Shown one piece after another: positions 13,841 through 26,760 of a stretch of 64,000 nt of DNA. Each line of letters starts with the position of its first letter. Position 1 is the stretch's first letter. Origin of the DNA: Octopus sinensis (taxonomy: Eukaryota); the NCBI RefSeq assembly GCF_006345805.1, contig NC_043005.1:36704001-36768000 (forward strand). The letters are read 5' to 3'. The notes under the pieces are model-generated. The model did no database searches and was not told where the DNA came from. It saw only the letters and a program-made list of their open reading frames with translations. The translations under genes were made by a program, and so were the position numbers.

Positions 13841-16146
13841 TCAAAACATATAAAATATGCTATATTTTTCATTGCTTTTCTATAATTAAATTCTACAGAA
13901 TCGTTTGCTCTTCGCCATAATAGACAAATTGTTTCGTTTTCCTTGAGAATCTTCAGGAATAGTTTTTCTCAAATAAGGTTAATCTACGCCTACTGAGCTA
14001 TATAATTTCAAAATGTGTTAAAGAAAACTTCAATAATGGCAGCTGGAAATCAGTGGTTGTTTCCATCAAGCGTTAGCCATGTTGTATTTTAACGCGTTTT
14101 TGTTTTAGTGATACAGTGTTTGTTTTGATCAGATGTAATTCGGCTCAGAATGCGGTACATAAAGTTATCACGCTCACCATACCGAATTATAAATGCATAA
14201 GATTGTTGTCATATTTAGTTGTGTGTTAGGAGGGTCATTAAGTCAATAAGAAACAGACGCACTGGTCCTATTTCACCACTTCTTTATTACATGTAACTCC
14301 TTTTATCCCCGATTCATCCATCACAGATCTAGGTAACACGTTACTCTAATTGGGAAACATGATGCACTTATCCAGAATTCATCCGTGGTAGCATGGGTCG
14401 GCGCGATTCAGTCGATGATTGTTCGTGAACTTCAAAAGTGCACTCCAGTGATCAACCACAAATGATCAGGACAACTTGTGGACTCAAAACGAAATCTACT
14501 TTTCTCATATGTTTCTTTATTCATATATCACTGATTCAGTTAACAGGATTTTGTTATTATTGTCTAATTTTTTTTTAGAATAAACATTCATGATAATGAT
14601 AAACGAGGAAAGATGTATTTATAAGCAAACCGTTAACGATTCTACCATGTAGCTAAGGTTAGACAAAGGCTTTCTATCACCATTCGCGACCTCAACAATA
14701 ATATGCCCTCTCTACTTCAGAGCTGAGACCGAGTTAAAGTTGGGAGGTATATCATTGACAGGATTGCGATTGGCGAGCGTGAGTATAGTAACGAATGGTG
14801 ACAAAAGGTCACTAATGAGCCGAGGTGGTTGAATGATTATTCGACCAATTTACCAATCGATTACTTAACAGGCTAATTGGTTAACTAGTTGACTAATAAA
14901 AATAAAAGTAGTGAACTAGAACAAGTACATGTGTTTCTTAATGGCATAATGATGTTCCCGAGATACAATAAAGTCTGTTTCAAGCACAACTTCTCATGAA
15001 GGATCTTGCAAACCAAATATAAAAATGAAAGATGTCTCGTAATATTTCTGAAACACTACTTGTCCAAATGTAGGAGATACAGTACATAAATATTTGAACC
15101 ATCATGTAGCGAGGAAGTGCAATGATTAATTTACATACATGCATTTATATACATATGCATGTATGTAGATCACATTCCGTATATGTAAGGAAAATGTGTT
15201 TACATTCTTATTTAACTCACAGTAAGGCTTTATAATATTTAAATCTGAGTTATTCTGATTTACGCTGTAACGAGCGCGCATACGCACATATTTTCTTTAT
15301 CTTTTCGTATGGTTTCGTTTGTATTTCACCCTGTTATTTCACTTTACATTCAATTTACTTATTCCCCCTAATAATAACATTCTAGGATATTCTTCCGCTT
15401 CTTCTCTTCTTCCCTCCGTTGATTGACTGAAAATTCACGTGGCATCTATATTTCTGTTGTATACTTTACCACATTGTATTGTCAGTAATGTCGATGTACG
15501 TTGGAAAGAATTGAATTGAATTTTGACAAATATAATCGTTTCATTATCACGAAAAATTGTCTACGTGTGCAATAAACAGTAGGTTAATATTTAACCTAAC
15601 AGATCGTTGCAGTTCTTGAAATAGCAGATAAAATCCTCAAAACTTTTGATGTCACCTTTGCCATTGTCTCATCTGAGATAATATTTCTTTCATAAAATTT
15701 ATTACTGAAATATTATGAATTATGTGATTTTCATAAATTTAGATATGCTCTAATACTAGCTGGTTCATACACACACACACACACGCACACACACACACAC
15801 ACATTTATATATAAACATATACATATATACACACACACACACACACATATATATGTCTCTCGCTGTTTACGTACATATACTTATACACACACGTACAAAT
15901 AATTGGAGTTAAGTCGCAACTTATTTTTCTCTACATAGTAAACTACAAAAATTACATTTGCTGGCGTGTGCAGAAACTTGTGCAAACCTGTAATTAATTT
16001 AGTACATGCATACAAAGTATCACGAATGAAAAGAAAGATGTGTACATTTACTTTTCGTACGTTCCTGTAAGCTGAGAAGTGAAAGGCAACAGCTTCGGGA
16101 TTCTGTGTCAGAGAAAATTTTCTCTCTGCAGACGTTCTCGGCGTGA

Positions 16147-16197
16147 TACATACATACATACATACATACATACATACATACATACATACATACATAA

Positions 16198-16228
<31 letters not shown>

Positions 16229-16249
16229 CATACATACATACATACATAA

Positions 16250-16280
<31 letters not shown>

Positions 16281-16290
16281 CATACATACA
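16147..16290. repeat. (TACA)n tetranucleotide microsatellite (others at about 10186-10258, 29181-29262, 49553-49623)
   Basis: Read directly from the sequence. Confidence 0.95.
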
Positions 16291-16318
16291 CACACACACA
16301 CCACACACATATATAATA

Positions 16319-16808
16319 TTGGGTCATCCCATAAATAATGCGGTGTTTTAATACTTATTTCATTTTTTAAAATTAAGATAAACAAAGTTCTTTTTTTAAT
16401 CTAAAAATATACTCTCCCTCATTTTCTACAAAGCCCGTTCATCTATCTGGTAGACTTGCAAGGCCCCTCTATCGAAATTGACTTGTCTGCGACGAAAAAT
16501 ACTCTTCCAGTACTGTTCTGACTTCGTCTACACATTTCATATTGTTTTCTGTCCAAATGATTTTGAAGACTGCGGAATAAACAATAATCAGATGGGGCAA
16601 TGTCCTGCGAATATGGTGGGTGGGACAGCGTTTCCCACTCAAACTGTTCCAGCCTTTGGAATGTCATCATAGCTGTATGTGGTCGTGCATTATCCTGATG
16701 GAAGAACACCTTCCGTCTTGCAACCAAAGATGAGCGTTTTCCAATGGCACGCAGCTGTCGATGAATGGTTGAATGACCAAATCCAAGCTTCTCTGCTAGT
16801 TTCTCAAC
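16319..16808 (-). mobile_element. Mariner DD34D relic (3' TIR plus catalytic C-terminus, internally deleted)
   Basis: TA followed by the TIR TTGGGTCATCCCATAAATAATGCGG. ORF 16443-16835 reads FFHQDNARPHTA...HPPYSQDIAPSDYCLFRSLQNHL, with 34 residues between the two D. The HTH fragment LAEKLGFGHSTIHRQL is fused directly to it. Confidence 0.92.
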
Positions 16809-17965
16809 CCAGCTCGTTCCCCTGCTCCCACTCATGCTGCCGCACTTGCCCTTACCTCTCCAACGCCTCCCTTCTCACCGAACCCATCATCGTCCCTATC
16901 ACATCACCGACTCTTTCACCTGCACTTCTACCAATGTCATTTACTGCATCTCCTGCTCTCTCTCCCTTCTCTATACATCGGGCAAACAAGATGCCGCTTG
17001 GCTGACCGGTTCGTGGAACACATCCGAGACATCCAACTCGGCAATGACACACCGATCTCGCGCCATTTCCGCTCTACCGGTCACCCTTTGCAACACCTGT
17101 CCGTGTCCGGACTCCCATTTGCGCCGTGAACAGGGATTAATCTTCTTTCGTCGCTCCTTTGTGCCACATGGGCTCAACTCTTCTCCCCTCTTCATCTAAT
17201 CTCCTCCCTTCGCCTCTCTCCTCCTCACACCTACTTCCTCCCACCCATCTCTCCTCTCTTGCTCCGACTTCTACTTCTCTTCACTCCTACTCTCTCTTCT
17301 CTTCACTCCTGCCCACCTTCTCCTTCCCTCTTCATCGTCACCCCTTCCCTCGTAACCCCACCCACACCTACACATTCTAACACCATCTTCCCTGTCCCAC
17401 CCACTCCCACATACCCCCACATCTACCCCTACCCTCAGCCTAACCCACACCCACCCTTACTTTCCCAACTTTCGCTTCCCCCACCTCCAAACACCATCAC
17501 ACTACACCACACACCACTACACCATACACCACCATATCACATAACACATCACATTACACCACGCAGACACTAGCACTGACCAATTTCCAGCCCCACATCT
17601 TCACACACACACACACACACGCACACGCACACGTCAAGGTCACCAGCCCTCTTCCACACACTCATGCATAATCTCTTAAACACATGCACGCGCACCTTCG
17701 TTTTGGGATTACCGCTACTTTATTATCTGCCCTTCTTCCTAGCTCTCCTATGTGACCCTTCTGTCAGGCATTCGCCATGATAGATCGCTAGCCACTACAC
17801 ATTATCTATTTTCTCTCCTTGTCTCTTTCTGTGTTCCTTTCTGAGGAAGAGCGTAGGCTCGAAACGTTAAATACTTTTTCACTTCCCGAACGCGTTAAAC
17901 TAATACATCTGTTTGTTGTCTACACCACCTATCTTCGTCCTTTGTTTTTCTCTGAGTTCTCCCCT
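16809..17965 (+). mobile_element. Penelope-like element 3' end: GIY-YIG endonuclease remnant, CT/CA-rich region and pseudo-LTR
   Basis: Frameshifted FPCSHSCCRTCPY..ITDSFTCTSTNVIYCISCS..LYIGQTRCRLADRFVEHIRDI..PISRHF. A hammerhead-like motif lies at 17841 and the element ends in (TA)n. Confidence 0.9.
17836..17872 (+). ncRNA. Minimal type I hammerhead ribozyme motif (Penelope-associated)
   Basis: CTGAGGA (CUGANGA core), A, GAGC-gtag-GCTC (stem II), GAAA, then CGTTA with palindromic AACGTT; short TTT/AA stem I. Confidence 0.75.
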
Positions 17966-19069
17966 ATATATATATATATATATACTCTAAATCATAGAAC
18001 AGTAACGCATGCAGTAAAGTCTATGTCTGGTCATAGAGTGACCAATGGTTTCGCATCCATAACGCGCTTAGCTCCTTGGACGACTCGTCAGACCCTAACG
18101 TCATATATGTTTGTGTGTGTGTGTTTAAATCTATGCCATAGACATACAAACGTTTCAGATTTACCTATTTCGTAGATTGATATATCATATATACCAGTGT
18201 TTCCTATCGGTTTTTAGGTGTTTGGTCATGCGGTTTAGCAGCTTATGGAATAAAAGTATAAATGGCTAGGTTTTACACACAGAAACACACACACCACACA
18301 TACGAACATGTATGAGTCTTTGTGTATATACTATGTCTAAAGGATGTAATGTTGAATCTAGACATACAATTTCTTATACTCTGAGTATACAGAGAATGAA
18401 CTACGAGGTCAGTCATCATAGAACACACAAGAGAATTTGGAAGTTATCTTTGGCACCCAGCGCCTAACGTGTCAAAGAGAATGGAAAACATGCACATTCC
18501 TGACAGGTCCATTCCATCCCCATGCTATTACATTTTTATATAATTAAATAAATAAATCAAGAACGAAAGAAAAAAAAGAAATTAAGAGAAAGTGAAAGAA
18601 AGGCAAGCGAAAGATTTTTGCATAAATGCGAAGGTTTCAAGACAAGAAAATTGAGGAAAGAGAGAAAAATGTACTGCAACAACAAAAGCAATAATAGTAA
18701 TGATAATAATAATGGTAATTGTTAGTAACAAAACCCAAACATGTGTAAGTATTAGTTAAATGACGACTATAGGAGGTGGAGTTATTGATGATAAATAGCT
18801 ATAGGGCAAAGAAAGCTAGCGTTATGTGGTTGGTGAGAGAGAGAGAGAGAGAGAGTGAGAGAAGAGGGATGGAAGTTGAGACTAAAGAGAGTGGGAGGGT
18901 GAGGCTGGTTTTGGTGTGAGTGGGTGTGGTGTAGTCAAAAATAGCTGATGCTGGCTTGCGGTGAAAGAACCTGTAAACAAGGGAAATAGGTACATACGCA
19001 GACACACATAGACTCACACATAGCCTTACGCACGCGCACTAACACACTTCGCATCATACACTTTTGTTC

Positions 19070-19231
19070 ATTTTATCAGTTACGGCCATTGAAATTGCGA
19101 CCTGGCTGGAGCACCGCGTTTCTGGTTTTTAGCCTCTATTCTAGTTTGCTAGAAGTTTTATCGAAGCCTCTTTGTCGAAATGCTAGGTTATAAAAACGGC
19201 TCAATATAAGCACACACAGACACGCACACAC

Positions 19232-19277
<46 letters not shown>

Positions 19278-19480
19278 CTACACACTTCTGTGCACCACTT
19301 CACGTAAATACACGCACGTGGCTGGCCTTCTGCATAGAGATTATCTTACCGAAATTTCACTGATTATATATTGGTCAAAGCGAGACGGTAGTAGAAAACA
19401 CTCTGACTACGCGAGTCCGAGATCGATCCGAGGACACTCTGGTTTGGAAACTAACTGCTTAAAAACACACTTGAGAGGCA
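19070..19480 (-). mobile_element. Highly diverged SINE family A copy with internal (CA)n
   Basis: GGCTGGAGCACCGC, TCTTTGTCGAAATGCTAGGTTA and GTAGAAAACAC blocks occur in family A order. Confidence 0.55.
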
Positions 19481-19670
19481 GTGTCTATCTGTGGTGTATA
19501 AAGTTGGTTTTTACGCATGGAAGCAAAATATATATATATGAATATATATAATACATATATATTGCTTCGTGAGTAAAAATCCAACTTTATACACAACACG
19601 CTCTCTCATATATTATATCTATATATATATATATATATATATCTATATATATTATATATATATATATATA

Positions 19671-19708
<38 letters not shown>

Positions 19709-19739
19709 TACACATAATATATATATATTACACACATAT

Positions 19740-19777
<38 letters not shown>

Positions 19778-20313
19778 CATATATATACATACACACACAC
19801 ACATACATTATATATAATATATATATATATGAATAATATATTATACTAGAGAGAGAGGAGAGAGAGAAAGAAGGGGAGAGAGCGGCGAGAGGGAGGCGTT
19901 CATTTTGTTCATCTGGGTCTAAGATGAATAAAATAAGTAGAGGCCGATGTAATAAGAGAGAACTGATAGCTATGAGGGCCTTCAGTTTTGCGCAAACGTA
20001 CATATCAAATATATGTATGTAATGTACGCGCGCATACAGACACACACACGCGCACTCACACGCACACGCACACGAATGTGTATACGCACACAAGTATGTA
20101 ATGTACTTAAAAAGGAAAAGAGAGGGGGATGGGGCGGGGAGGGACAAGACAGAATGTATAATGTCTGAGTTACACAAAGTGTCCAGTGAGGGATTGAGTA
20201 TAATATCAATCGTTGTTTTGTGTATGCATATGTCTGTGGGCAAATATTTGTGTATGTATGTGAATGCAATTATATATATATATGTTCGTGTTTGTGCGTG
20301 TGTGTTTATTTTA

Positions 20314-20353
<40 letters not shown>

Positions 20354-20471
20354 ATATATATATATTTATATCATATATATATATATATGTTGTGTGCGTG
20401 TGTGTGTGTGTTTGTGCATGTGCAACATTCAATATCTGTACACCACACCTAACACTCTATACACACACATG

Positions 20472-20516
<45 letters not shown>

Positions 20517-20702
20517 TGTGTGTGTGTGTGTGTACAAGTGAATATGGTATGTATGTATGTAGATATATATGCCTGCAACTATAACACAGAGTTAAGGCAC
20601 GAGGGAGGAACAGTGTGTTTGTGTAAGTACATATGCATGTGTTTGTGTGTGTGTATGTGTGTGCATGTGTGTGTGTGTGTGTGTGCGTGCGTGCGTGTGT
20701 GT

Positions 20703-20757
<55 letters not shown>

Positions 20758-21432
20758 TTTAAGGGAAGTAAAGGCAGATATAGAAAAGGCCGAAAATGAA
20801 ATAGAGAAGAGGCAGAGAGAGAGTTGGATGTAATTTCTGAGAGGAATAGACAGTTTGGCAGAAGACCAGTTCCACTAATCAATAGTCTGCGCCGAAAATA
20901 GCTATGGAAATGATGTATTGTTGTAGAACGTTCAATCGTAGCGAGCTGGGTCGGTAGAATGTCCAACGCCTTCGCCATCTTCTTTCGTGCATGTACAGAT
21001 TGAACTGAGAGAGACAGAGAGAGAGAGAGGAAGAGAGAGAAAGAGGAAGAGAGGGGAAGAGAGAGACAGAGGGAGAGAGAGAGAGAACCGGAGAGAGAGA
21101 CAGGGAAGGGAGAGTGAGAGAGCGGGGAAAGAGAATGAGCAAGCGGTATAAAGTTATATAAAATGATAGACAGATGAAGTGCAGGAGAGAGAGAGAGAGA
21201 CACACAGTCAGAGAGATAGAGGGGTACAAGTGTGTGTATGTATATATGTATACATACACAAACACACACGCGCGCACACACACACATATATATACATATC
21301 TATGTATATATATACATACTTATGTGTATGTATATATATATATATATATATATACGTATGTATACATTTACGTACGTGTATATATCTATATAAGCGTCTG
21401 CGCGCGCATGTATATTGTATATATACATATAT

Positions 21433-21487
<55 letters not shown>

Positions 21488-21493
21488 ATATTA

Positions 21494-21561
<68 letters not shown>

Positions 21562-21671
21562 AGAGAAAGACACGGGAGAGAGAGGAGTATATATAGCGAA
21601 AGAGAGGAGACAGAGAGAGTGAGGTCTATGTGTGTGTGAGTATATAGGCGTGTGTGCATATAGATGAAGAC

Positions 21672-21687
21672 AGATAGATAGATAGAC

Positions 21688-21752
<65 letters not shown>
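21672..21752. repeat. (AGAT)n microsatellite (opposite-strand (ATCT)n tract at about 56090-56150)
   Basis: Read directly from the sequence. Confidence 0.95.
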
Positions 21753-21754
<2 letters not shown>

Positions 21755-22384
21755 CAGACAGACAAAGCTGGAATGATACGGAGAAATGTTTGAAAGAAAG
21801 AGGTAGATTTTGAGGGAGAGAGAGACAGAGAAAGAGAGATAGAAGAAGACTGAAAGGAGAGGGTCGATGAATGCAGTAATGAAATGAAATCGGGTTGGGG
21901 GCGGCGTAGGTGTAGGAGGGTTTGGAATATGAGGCGGTCAGATATGGCCTGGCTATTGTTATGCCGGTGTCTTCTGTGTACCAACTTAAATAACCACTCT
22001 CACTCACATATATATATATATATATATTTTTTTATATACACAGTTCTGTACAGGAATGAATAAGTGTTTGTTTGCATGCGCACGTATGTCCATGCAGACG
22101 ATCAAATATATACACAAACGCATACTCAAATTAGTGTTATGGTGCAAAATTACAGCCTCCGGTGTTTCTTTTCTTTATGCGCATTCATAAATGCACCCTT
22201 TACACACTTGCACTTATGCATAAACATACACATGCACATAGAGAAATTATATAAGCGCTGGAGTATGGATACACGCACGAATACACACACAAACTCATGC
22301 ACACACACACGCACACACACACGCACGCGCGCATATGTATTTGAAGTAAACGACTGGAATACGAATACTTATTTCGTGTCTTGT

Positions 22385-22697
22385 GGAGGCGCAATGGCCC
22401 AGTGATTAGGGCAGCGGACTCGCGGTCGGAGGACCGCGGTTTCGATTCCCACCCACACCGGGCGTTGTATGTGTTTATTGAGCGGAAACACCTAAAAGCT
22501 CCGCGAGGCTCCGGCAGTGGGTGGTGGCGACCCCTGTTGTACTCTTCCGCCACAACTTTCTCTCACTCTCTCTTCCTATTTCTTGAGTAACGCTGCGATG
22601 GACTGGCGTCCCTTCCAGCTGGGGGGAACATATACGCGACAGAAACCAGGAAACCGGGCCCATGAGTCTGGCTAGGCTTGAAAAGGGCGACGTTTAT
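22385..22697 (+). mobile_element. tRNA-derived SINE family C, CpG-rich and apparently young
   Basis: A box TGGCCCAGTGA and B box GTTTCGATTCC. The body contains CTGCGATGGACTGGCGTCCCTTCCAG and CAGAAACCAGGAAACCGGGCCCATGAG. There is no 3' acceptor stem. Confidence 0.82.
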
Positions 22698-23084
22698 CGT
22701 ATTTCGTTTCTTATGGTACATTATGGTCAGTGTTTCAAATCTCAACAAATCTTCAGCTAGACATGAATAGTTGCCATTTAACTTTAGATCAAATCTTATT
22801 CAATATATGTATGATTAAAGATCCTCCAATCGTGACAATCACGTCTTTTAATTACAGATTTTATTTAGGACACAAACAAATACTCTTAACTGTAACTCTC
22901 AAGCGAGTATAATTTGGTAGTTTGTACTCTGCATTAGCTGGCTGTTTTAGGGGATTGTGTAGTGGCGAGCAGACACAGCACCAGGAGGGCTCTTCCACTC
23001 TAGACCCAACAGATCAACCGAGACGTGATAGCTGAAGAGAAAGAGAAAAGGCTACACCAGCACTGGACAGTTATGCATCATAGA

Positions 23085-23205
23085 GGAATAGACTGGAGTG
23101 AGTGGTAATGAAGTGCCTTGCTCAAGGAATCAATGCGCCGCCCAGCACATGTACTAAACCTACGAATTTAATACCATGTGCTCAATAGCTTAACCACTCG
23201 GCTCT
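23085..23205 (-). mobile_element. Diverged tRNA-SINE 5' part related to family C (similar relics at about 34300-34565 plus and 57628-57770 plus)
   Basis: AATGAAGTGCCTTGCTCAAGGAATCAATGCGCCGCCC is the reverse complement of the block seen as GGGCAGTGCACTGTATTCTTGGACAAAATACTCCATTTCAC at about 34370-34410 and GTTCATGAGAATGGCACTTCATTTCAC at about 57704-57730. Confidence 0.6.
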
Positions 23206-23364
23206 CCATATTTACAAATACTAAATATACTTCTATTTTAAAGCAGTAATTTGAGGGAGATTTAGCAATTATTTGCGAGTCCTCTAGGGGCTCTCTGCCG
23301 GGTTGAAAATCCCGTTGGCATCTCTTTTACATTTTCCTGATTTTAGTCACTGGAATGCAGACTT

Positions 23365-23655
23365 ACTGGGAGTTACGGAATAAACAAACCAACTTCGGTT
23401 GTCAAGCAGTGGGGTTACATAGATACGCACGCACGCACACACGCACACACACACGCGCACATACACGCACACACACACACACACACACATGCGTATATGC
23501 GATAAGCTTCCACGCTGTTGTTATCTACCAGATTCATTCACAAGGCATTGGTCGATCTAAGGCCACGGTAGAAGACACTCGCCCAAGGTGCAGCGCCATG
23601 GGACTGAACCCAAAACCACATGGTTGCAAAGCTATCTCTGTAATCACGTAGTATT
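23365..23655 (-). mobile_element. SINE family A, diverged
   Basis: CGGTTGTCAAGCAGTGG-(CA)n-...CACAAGGCATTGGTCG...GAAGACACTCGCCCAAGG...GGGACTGAACCC. Confidence 0.85.
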
Positions 23656-23799
23656 ACAAATAAAACACCAGCAGGCGGGATTTACGTTTCAATTTCGATT
23701 CCCGGTCAGCCCATTTTATTTCATACGGTCGAATCGGTTCTAGTTTTTAATATTCGTAGGATTTCAAAATTGTGAGTGCGTCGTACAAAGTGTGTTTTT

Positions 23800-23960
23800 G
23801 CTATTTAGTTACAATTTCATAGTACTGAGTCCAAATGCCTCAAAAGTTAACTTTGCCTTTCACCCTTTCGGTGGGGGGGGGGTCAATAGACTATAATACT
23901 AGTCGTGTACTGGGATCGATATAATGGATTTTACTCCCTCCTAAATAACTTGAAACAAAA
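23800..23960 (+). mobile_element. SINE family B, diverged (other diverged copies at about 7625-7790, 26314-26503, 27557-27760)
   Basis: CTTTGCCTTTCACCCTTTCGG..GGTCAATA..GTACTGGGATCGAT body block. Confidence 0.75.
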
Positions 23961-24452
23961 TTAACAAAGTCATGTGACATAGCATAAAAACAAGTTTTTC
24001 TAAAGACCCCTGACTAAATAAAGTTACGTTAAAACTCAGTAGCGAAGGTTTACTGCAGCAAAAATTAGTCCATAGAGTTCCTCTAAGTTCCAAAAAATTA
24101 GTCCATAGTAGAGTTCCTCTAAGTGTCTGTAACTTGAGCAAAGACGAATATAAAGTTTTGTACATTCAACATTTTTTGGGGAAGAACAAAGGGGAGAAAG
24201 CGATGTTATTGATTGGTCAATCACCATTTAATTAGAGAAGAAGTGAAATGAAGATGTGATGTGTGAGGTGAGGGATGAGAAAGAATGGTGAGAGAGGGGG
24301 AGAGATAAAGTGAGAGAGCAGGAAGTTTAAAGTGCAAAGTGATGAAAGGCGTGGAAAGGCGTGGAAACTAAAGCTCGGAAATAGAAGATAGAAAGAGCCC
24401 ACCGCCTCCAAAAATAGGAACAGGAATAAGACAAACATACGTATGCAAACAT

Positions 24453-24502
<50 letters not shown>

Positions 24503-24703
24503 TGTGTGTGTTTGCGCATCTAGTAGTGGTGGATCTCCGTCGTTCAACGATGAGGAATCAGTCGTTCGATATTATGTCGTCCGGAATTACGTGTGTAGGT
24601 GTGTGGTCTTTTTTCTTGTTTAGCTGTGAAACAAGGATATTATATTCAAACCATGTTAAAGAAGTTTAGTCCATTCATCGAATGCATTTTCTGCTAATAT
24701 ATA

Positions 24704-24925
24704 CGAGGGGGCGCTGGAAAATTCCTGGTTTTGGGCGAAAGAAAATACAGGAGGATCAGTTAATTATAATTTTATTCAACATATTCCCCTCTCAGATTCA
24801 CACATTTATTGCAGCGGTCCTTCAGTTTTTCGGCAAGAAGGTCTGTAAAAGAACTCGAAAAGTTGGGCCTCCAGCCAAGCCTTTCGCGACACCCTTAAAG
24901 CCAGAAATGTTTTAGCAGCCACTCG
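24704..24925. mobile_element. Mariner-derived MITE
   Basis: TA-CGAGGGGGCGCTGGAAAATTCCTGG ... CCAGAAATGTTTTAGCAGCCACTCG-TA: imperfect TIRs with a TA duplication. Confidence 0.8.
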
Positions 24926-25365
24926 TAAACTTTGAAGAAACTCACAGCCGCCGAGAACACAACCTGTCTCCTTGTTGTTACTCTCACATGATATAAACAG
25001 AACCACCTAGAACAAACAGCACGACCGCAATCTCTACCACCATGATATATATATACATTTCTACAAACTTCAATATATTGCTTATAAATTCAAGAGGATA
25101 TGAATGAAATATCAAAGTTTAATATACGATATATTTATTCAATTCTTATATTGCAAAGTTAGTAATAACGAAAAGAGCTCACTTTATAATCTTTAGAATT
25201 TATCATCACTTGTAGAATGGATTTCAACAGAATCGTTTCCTTTGTACGTATGGAGGTGATGCAGTTTGTGACAGACGTCGCTTTTTCATCATTTATTCGA
25301 CAATATTATGTTTTGATAATATATACAATGCATGCATGTATATATGTACATACAATGTGGGCAGG

Positions 25366-25401
<36 letters not shown>

Positions 25402-26233
25402 CATACATATATAAGTATATATCATAAATATATATAAATATATAATATATGTATTATAAATATGTATTATACAAACATATGTATACAAAAATATATGGTA
25501 TATAAATGTATGCATACATAGATAAAGACTATATAAATATATATCATATAAATGGAAATATATATAATTTATGCATGGAAATTTAGACATACTCATACAA
25601 ATATTCATATATGTATTCCATACATGTATTCATATATATTTCAGAAAATACATACAAACTGGACATTAATGCACACGCAAACACATACACACGCATACAC
25701 ACATGCAAACGCACGAATACACACACATGATTTCATAACTTGTTTCCTACTAAATAGTGTATTCTTCACAAGTATCTGATTCCGTCCGAAGAATTTTCTG
25801 TTTAGGTTGAAACTTATTGGTCTCACAAAATATAGTCATTCTGCAGCATGTATTGAGTGCTTTCAATTTAGTTTCTGCATGTATTTACATCTATATTATA
25901 CGAACAATATTGTAATTTTTATCTACTATACTATAATCGCCCTAACCCACATAGTATGTACTTTCATTTATTACTATTATTGTTGCTGTTGCTGTTGTTG
26001 TAATTATTATTAGTACTATTATTATTATTATCATCATCATTATTATTATCATTATTATTTTCCTTAGCATTTTTCATTTCTCTTTCCATTTCTTGCCGAG
26101 TGTCTTCCTGACACCTAGGGCAGAGAAACGTGCTGTATACATTGGTAGGCTACTAAAGCAAACACACCAGATTGTTCTTGTACAGAGTCATGTGACAGAG
26201 AGAAAGGGGAAGACAGAGAGAAAAAGGAAATTA

Positions 26234-26312
<79 letters not shown>

Positions 26313-26504
26313 ACCGGTGAGCTTGCAGAATGGTTAGCACGTCGGACAAGATACTCAGTGGCATTTCGTCCGTTTTCATGTTCAGAGTTAAAATTCTACC
26401 GAGGTTGACTCGCCTTTTATCTTTCGTGTACAGAAAAAAAAACTACCAGCTGAGTCCTGGAGTCAATGTAATTGACTAGCCCTCAGTTTCAGATCTTGTG
26501 CCTA

Positions 26505-26690
26505 GGAGGGGGTGTTGTCCTGAAGTTTGGCAAGAGCACGTCTCTTCAAATTGTAAGACTCTTTCTTAGCAATCTTGCAGTGTACAGAGTTGCACTTTTT
26601 AGAAAGTCGATAGTGGAAGTCTGAATTTCACTATCTTTCAGTCTTTCAATCTCTTTGGTAGTAGTTTGGGTACTGTGCCAGGCGCACTCA
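26505..26690 (-). mobile_element. R4/Dong-like RLE LINE extreme 3' fragment
   Basis: The minus strand reads VSAPGTVPKLLPKRL...LKSATLYTARLLRKSL*, matching GALGTVPK..QKSALL.TARILRKVL. Confidence 0.65.
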
Positions 26691-26717
26691 CACATGCGTG
26701 CATATATAAATATAAAT

Positions 26718-26760
<43 letters not shown>

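Noticed and set aside
14224-14545. Possible solo LTR (TGTTA...TAACA with a reverse AATAAA)
   Set aside because: No target-site duplication and no second copy.
22385-22455. Possible tRNA gene
   Set aside because: It has A and B boxes but no closing acceptor stem or T-run terminator, and it continues into a SINE body.
24060-24124. Roughly 30-bp tandem duplication (similar ones at 5750-5776 and about 55472-55513)
   Set aside because: Two-copy slippage duplications with no spacers; not a CRISPR-like or functional array.
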